Shown one piece after another: positions 41,493-44,520 of a stretch of DNA of 44,520 nucleotides; positions within the stretch are counted from its first letter, which is position 1, and each line of letters begins with the position of its first letter. The stretch lies in contig JBBAOD010000003.1 of the NCBI GenBank assembly GCA_040401635.1, forward strand, positions 1-44,520, written 5' to 3'. The position numbers and the translations under genes were made by a program. Under the pieces are notes generated by a model that ran no database searches, had not been told where the DNA came from, and saw nothing but the letters and a program-made list of their open reading frames with translations. The DNA is from Phycisphaerales bacterium (GTDB taxonomy: Bacteria; Planctomycetota; Phycisphaerae; Phycisphaerales; SM1A02).

Positions 41493-42524
41493 TTAAATCA
41501 GCAGGCGTTCGGCAATCTGTAGACCGTTGAGCGCTGCACCTTTGCGGATTTGGTCGCCGGAGACAAACAGGTTCAAGCCAAATCCTGCCGCTTGGCTGTG
41601 GTCCGCCCGGATGCGGCCAACCAGTACTGCGTCGCGCCCCGTTGCATTGACGGGTTCAGGGAATCGGTTGGCAGCGCGATCGTCTACTAGCTCAATTCCC
41701 GCTGCTGCCGCAAGTACAGCCCGCGCGCGTTCTTCGGTGATCGGTGTTCGGAACGTCAGATTGATTGATTCGCTGTGGGCACGCAAGACCGGTACGCGCA
41801 CGCAGGTGGCAGTAATGGCAACTTCCGGATCACGCCAGATCTTTCGCGTTTCTTCCAGCAACTTTCGCTCTTCCTCGTTCTGCCCATCGGCGCCAATAGC
41901 GCTGTCGTGACTGAACAGATTGAAGATGTACTGACGACCAAAGATCGGCGTCTGCAGCGGTTGACCCGCGGACCAGTCGCCTGCTTGTTGTGCAAGTTCA
42001 GCCATCGCAGCCGCACCCGCTCCGCTTGCTGCTTGGTAAGTCGATACAACCATCCGCGCAATGCCAGCTTCGCGATGCAATGGCGAAACCGCCATCAACG
42101 CAATGATGGTTGAGCAATTTGGAACAGCAATAATCGTCGGCACTCGAAGCGCATCAAGTTCAGAACCGTTCACTTCAGGAATCGCCAGTGTGTAGCGCTG
42201 ATCCATACGAAATGCGCTTGACTTGTCGATCACCCACGCGCCGGATGCAACCGCCTGTGGCGCCCATTCTTTGCTGATAGCACTACTTGCTGAGAAAAAC
42301 GCAATGTTCGTTCCAGCGAAACATCCCGGCGCAAGCGGCTCGACGGTTACATCGCGTCCCAGCGCTCGCAGCGTCTTGCCTGCACTACGTGCGCTGGCAA
42401 AGACCCGCACGCTGCGTGCAGGAAATGAGCGTTCCGTAAGCAATGCCAGCAATTCCTCGCCGACCGCTCCGGTTGCCCCAACGATTGCAATCGCGGGATC
42501 TGATGGAATTCGCTGGTGAATCAC
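41493..42524 (-). CDS. asd: Aspartate-semialdehyde dehydrogenase
   Basis: Contains AIVGATGAVGEELLALL, the active-site region VPNCSTI and STYQAASGAG. Length 343 aa. Confidence 0.95.
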   Translation of the reverse strand: MIHQRIPSDPAIAIVGATGAVGEELLALLTERSFPARSVRVFASARSAGKTLRALGRDVTVEPLAPGCFAGTNIAFFSASSAISKEWAPQAVASGAWVIDKSSAFRMDQRYTLAIPEVNGSELDALRVPTIIAVPNCSTIIALMAVSPLHREAGIARMVVSTYQAASGAGAAAMAELAQQAGDWSAGQPLQTPIFGRQYIFNLFSHDSAIGADGQNEEERKLLEETRKIWRDPEVAITATCVRVPVLRAHSESINLTFRTPITEERARAVLAAAAGIELVDDRAANRFPEPVNATGRDAVLVGRIRADHSQAAGFGLNLFVSGDQIRKGAALNGLQIAERLLI

Positions 42525-42943
42525 TTGCGACGCTTCGGCTCAATGCCAACCAAATAGAAGCGCGCTACTTGCGCATCAAACGCAGTGTGATCCATGCGTT
42601 CGAACGTGAAACTGCCTTCCATGGTGCCCCAGTGCGTGAGCAGCGGCGCAAAGCTGTGATATTCAAATCGTCCGCCCGGGGCGATCGTAGGTTGCTGACC
42701 AACCACGCCATCGCCATCCACATTGCGCACTTCACCATCGCCGTCAACGATCGTCCAGTGCCGCTTGCGCAGTACCACGTTCTCACTACCGTCGTTGGAA
42801 ATCGTCACGTGGTACGCAAAGTTGTACCGACCGCCCACTGGATCACTCGTCTCCGGAATGAACTGCGGCGTCACCCGAATGCGGATGCCGTTGGTGACAA
42901 CTTCGGAGCCGAGATTTGTGGTGGTTGCGGAGGGCGAAGACAT
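42521..42943 (-). CDS. apaG: ApaG (DUF525) protein
   Basis: IRIRVTPQFIPETSDPVGGRYNFAYHVTISNDGSENVVLRKRHWTIVDGDGEVRNVDGDGVVGQQPTIAPGGRFEYHS is the typical ApaG pattern. 4-nt overlap with the asd start. Confidence 0.9.
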   Translation of the reverse strand: MSSPSATTTNLGSEVVTNGIRIRVTPQFIPETSDPVGGRYNFAYHVTISNDGSENVVLRKRHWTIVDGDGEVRNVDGDGVVGQQPTIAPGGRFEYHSFAPLLTHWGTMEGSFTFERMDHTAFDAQVARFYLVGIEPKRRK

Positions 42944-43029
42944 CGTGACAAGTATAGGTGGCTCGACAGGCAGATCAAACCGCCGCCGGCACTTCTTTGT
43001 ACGAAGCGCGTTGATATCCAGTTGGTTTG

Positions 43030-43842
43030 TCAGGCCAGCAAAGCCCGCAGCGCCGCGCCAGGATCCGGCTCGCGCATCAGGCTTTCGCCGACAAGTGCAA
43101 TGTGAATTTCGTGCTTTGCCAGACGGCGCATGTCAGCGAGCGTCCGGATACCACTCTCGGCAACCATCACGCGTCGGGTTGGGGCTTCCACCATGTCTGC
43201 CACCCGGAGCGCATGCCCAAGGTCGGTTTCCATGGTGGCAAGATTTCGGTTGTTGATCCCCAGCAGGCCGTACCCCGCGTGCGGAAACCCGACGTGGTTG
43301 ATGACGCGCCACAGGTTGTCCAGGTCATGAACCTCAAGCAGGGTGGTCATCTGCAGCTCGGTCGCCAAAATCTGGAAATCAATGATTTCACGCTCATGCA
43401 GACACTCGGCAATCAGCAGGATGGCATCGGCGCCCGCCGCGCGGGACTCCCAAATTTGATAGTCGTCAATGATGAAGTCCTTGCGCAGAACCGGCAGCGG
43501 AACAACATCACGAATCGCATGGATGTACGAGAGGTCGCCGCCGAAGAATTCATGGTCGGTGAGGCAACTAATCGCAGCCGCGCCGGCTTCGTAGTAACTT
43601 CGTGCAATGGCGACCGGATCGAAATCCTCGCGAATCACCCCGGCTGACGGGCTCTTTCGCTTCACCTCGGCAATGACACGCATGGCATTTGGATGTCGAT
43701 CGTCCACCACGCTGCGGAAGAAATTGCGCGGACGCCCAAGTTCAGAGATGCGTTCTTGCAATTCGCTCACTGGCACCTTGCGTTTGGCATCAGCCACCTC
43801 ACGGCGCTTGTGCTCGACGATGTGCTTGAGAACGGGAACCAT
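43030..43842 (-). CDS. trpC: Indole-3-glycerol phosphate synthase
   Basis: Contains ILKHIVEHKRREV, VIAEVKRKSPSAG, ISCLTDHEFFGG, PVLRKDFIIDDYQI, LEVHD and GINNRNL. Start placed at MVPVLKHIV (270 aa), because the upstream 136 codons of the track ORF are antisense to a real plus-strand gene. Confidence 0.9.
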   Translation of the reverse strand: MVPVLKHIVEHKRREVADAKRKVPVSELQERISELGRPRNFFRSVVDDRHPNAMRVIAEVKRKSPSAGVIREDFDPVAIARSYYEAGAAAISCLTDHEFFGGDLSYIHAIRDVVPLPVLRKDFIIDDYQIWESRAAGADAILLIAECLHEREIIDFQILATELQMTTLLEVHDLDNLWRVINHVGFPHAGYGLLGINNRNLATMETDLGHALRVADMVEAPTRRVMVAESGIRTLADMRRLAKHEIHIALVGESLMREPDPGAALRALLA

Positions 43843-43930
43843 CGGTGTTATCGCGTGTACAGCGCTGATCGGTGATGCGGCGATGGCCGCCGCTCCCGTA
43901 AGCGAGGTGGTGGAGTCTATGCCGACGAGC

Positions 43931-44520
43931 ATGAATTGGTCGCTCATTGGTTGGGGAGTATTGGCAATTCTCGCAGTGGCAATAGTGATGCGCGTCGAGT
44001 GGTTCCGCGCCTCCCCGCGCGTTGGCCCAGCGTGGCAACTGCGCGCTGAACCGAGTGTCTTTGGTTTCGGCGCCGCGTTCCTTGCGTCTGCCGTTGGCGC
44101 GCAAATTCTCACCCTGGCGTTCAGACTCAATGACGAATCGCCGCAACTCATGCAGAAGGCACTGCAAGGAATTGGCGCCAACAGCGCGCAACTTGCAGTG
44201 GTTGCGTTCATCTTGTTGGCACGGCGCTTCCGCCCGCGTGGCGCAAGCACCGCAGTGGCGCGTGGCGGCGTTCACCAGCATCCACGTGCGCTACTGGAAT
44301 CGGTCATGATGGCTGTCGCGGCGGCCCTCTTACTGTGGCCAGTGCTCGAGGCGGTTGGCGGTTCGATCGGTGCCATCGAGCGCTGGTTTGGAACTTCAAC
44401 TCCCGCGGTTGGGCATCAAACCATTGAAATTCTCCTAAAAGCCGGCACTCATGACCCATGGTGGTGGCTCACCATTGCAAGCGCGGTGATCTTGGCGCCG
44501 CTCGCCGAGGAGTTCGTCTA
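43931..44520 (+). CDS. CPBP-family intramembrane glutamic protease (CAAX protease-like), 3'-truncated by the window end
   Basis: Open frame running off the window, absent from the ORF track: MNWSLIGWGVLAILAVAIVM...VFGFGAAFLASAVGAQILTLAF...MMAVAAALLLWPVLEAV...WWWLTIASAVILAPLAEEFV. The last segment begins CPBP motif 1 (EExxxR). The start is uncertain; ATGs at 43883, 43919, 43931 and 43988 are all in frame. Confidence 0.7.
   Translation, partial: MNWSLIGWGVLAILAVAIVMRVEWFRASPRVGPAWQLRAEPSVFGFGAAFLASAVGAQILTLAFRLNDESPQLMQKALQGIGANSAQLAVVAFILLARRFRPRGASTAVARGGVHQHPRALLESVMMAVAAALLLWPVLEAVGGSIGAIERWFGTSTPAVGHQTIEILLKAGTHDPWWWLTIASAVILAPLAEEFV

Overview
High-GC bacterial chromosomal window. Gene content suggests a Planctomycetota-like organism, but that is inference only. 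Coding density is high, and many long antisense ORFs in the track are GC-composition artefacts. There are three blocks. (1) Bases 1-16290 hold a tightly translationally coupled T2SS/type IV pilus-like operon: pseudopilins (H/I/J/K-like), a GspL/PilM-like protein, a GspM/PilO-PilP-like protein, a giant 3256-aa secretin with about 30 tandem N-domain modules, and a trailing lipoprotein. A terminator and a minus-strand tRNA-Gln(CUG) follow. (2) Bases 16.5-27.5 kb and 41.5-44.5 kb are mostly housekeeping or ordinary genes: PDZ lipoprotein, EamA transporter, M16 peptidase lacking HxxEH, dapB, 7Fe-type ferredoxin, ThuA-domain fusion, CPA1 Na+/H+ antiporter, xylA, asd, apaG, trpC and a partial CPBP protease. 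This block also contains an unannotated 21-aa Lys-rich micro-ORF with a promoter, SD and perfect terminator. (3) Bases 27562-41397 hold a ten-gene cluster that I cannot assign to any named system. Two membrane-anchored periplasmic vWA paralogues lie divergent from an eight-gene operon. That operon encodes a Zn-ribbon TRAFAC GTPase, an 821-aa bitopic protein with a GAP1-like 'LIYTSA..G.SGF' N-domain, a 965-aa bitopic coiled-coil protein, a GYF-domain polytopic membrane protein, a MotA/ExbB-type proton channel, two unusually long ExbD/TolR-like proteins and a multi-beta-sandwich lipoprotein. Its domain vocabulary (small GTPase, Zn-ribbon, GYF, TolQR-type motor, vWA) parallels the Myxococcus Agl-Glt focal-adhesion/gliding machinery, but the architectures differ. 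This cluster is the top candidate for an undescribed PMF-powered, GTPase-switched envelope machine. All calls rest on reading the ORF translations and DNA by eye; no database search was possible.
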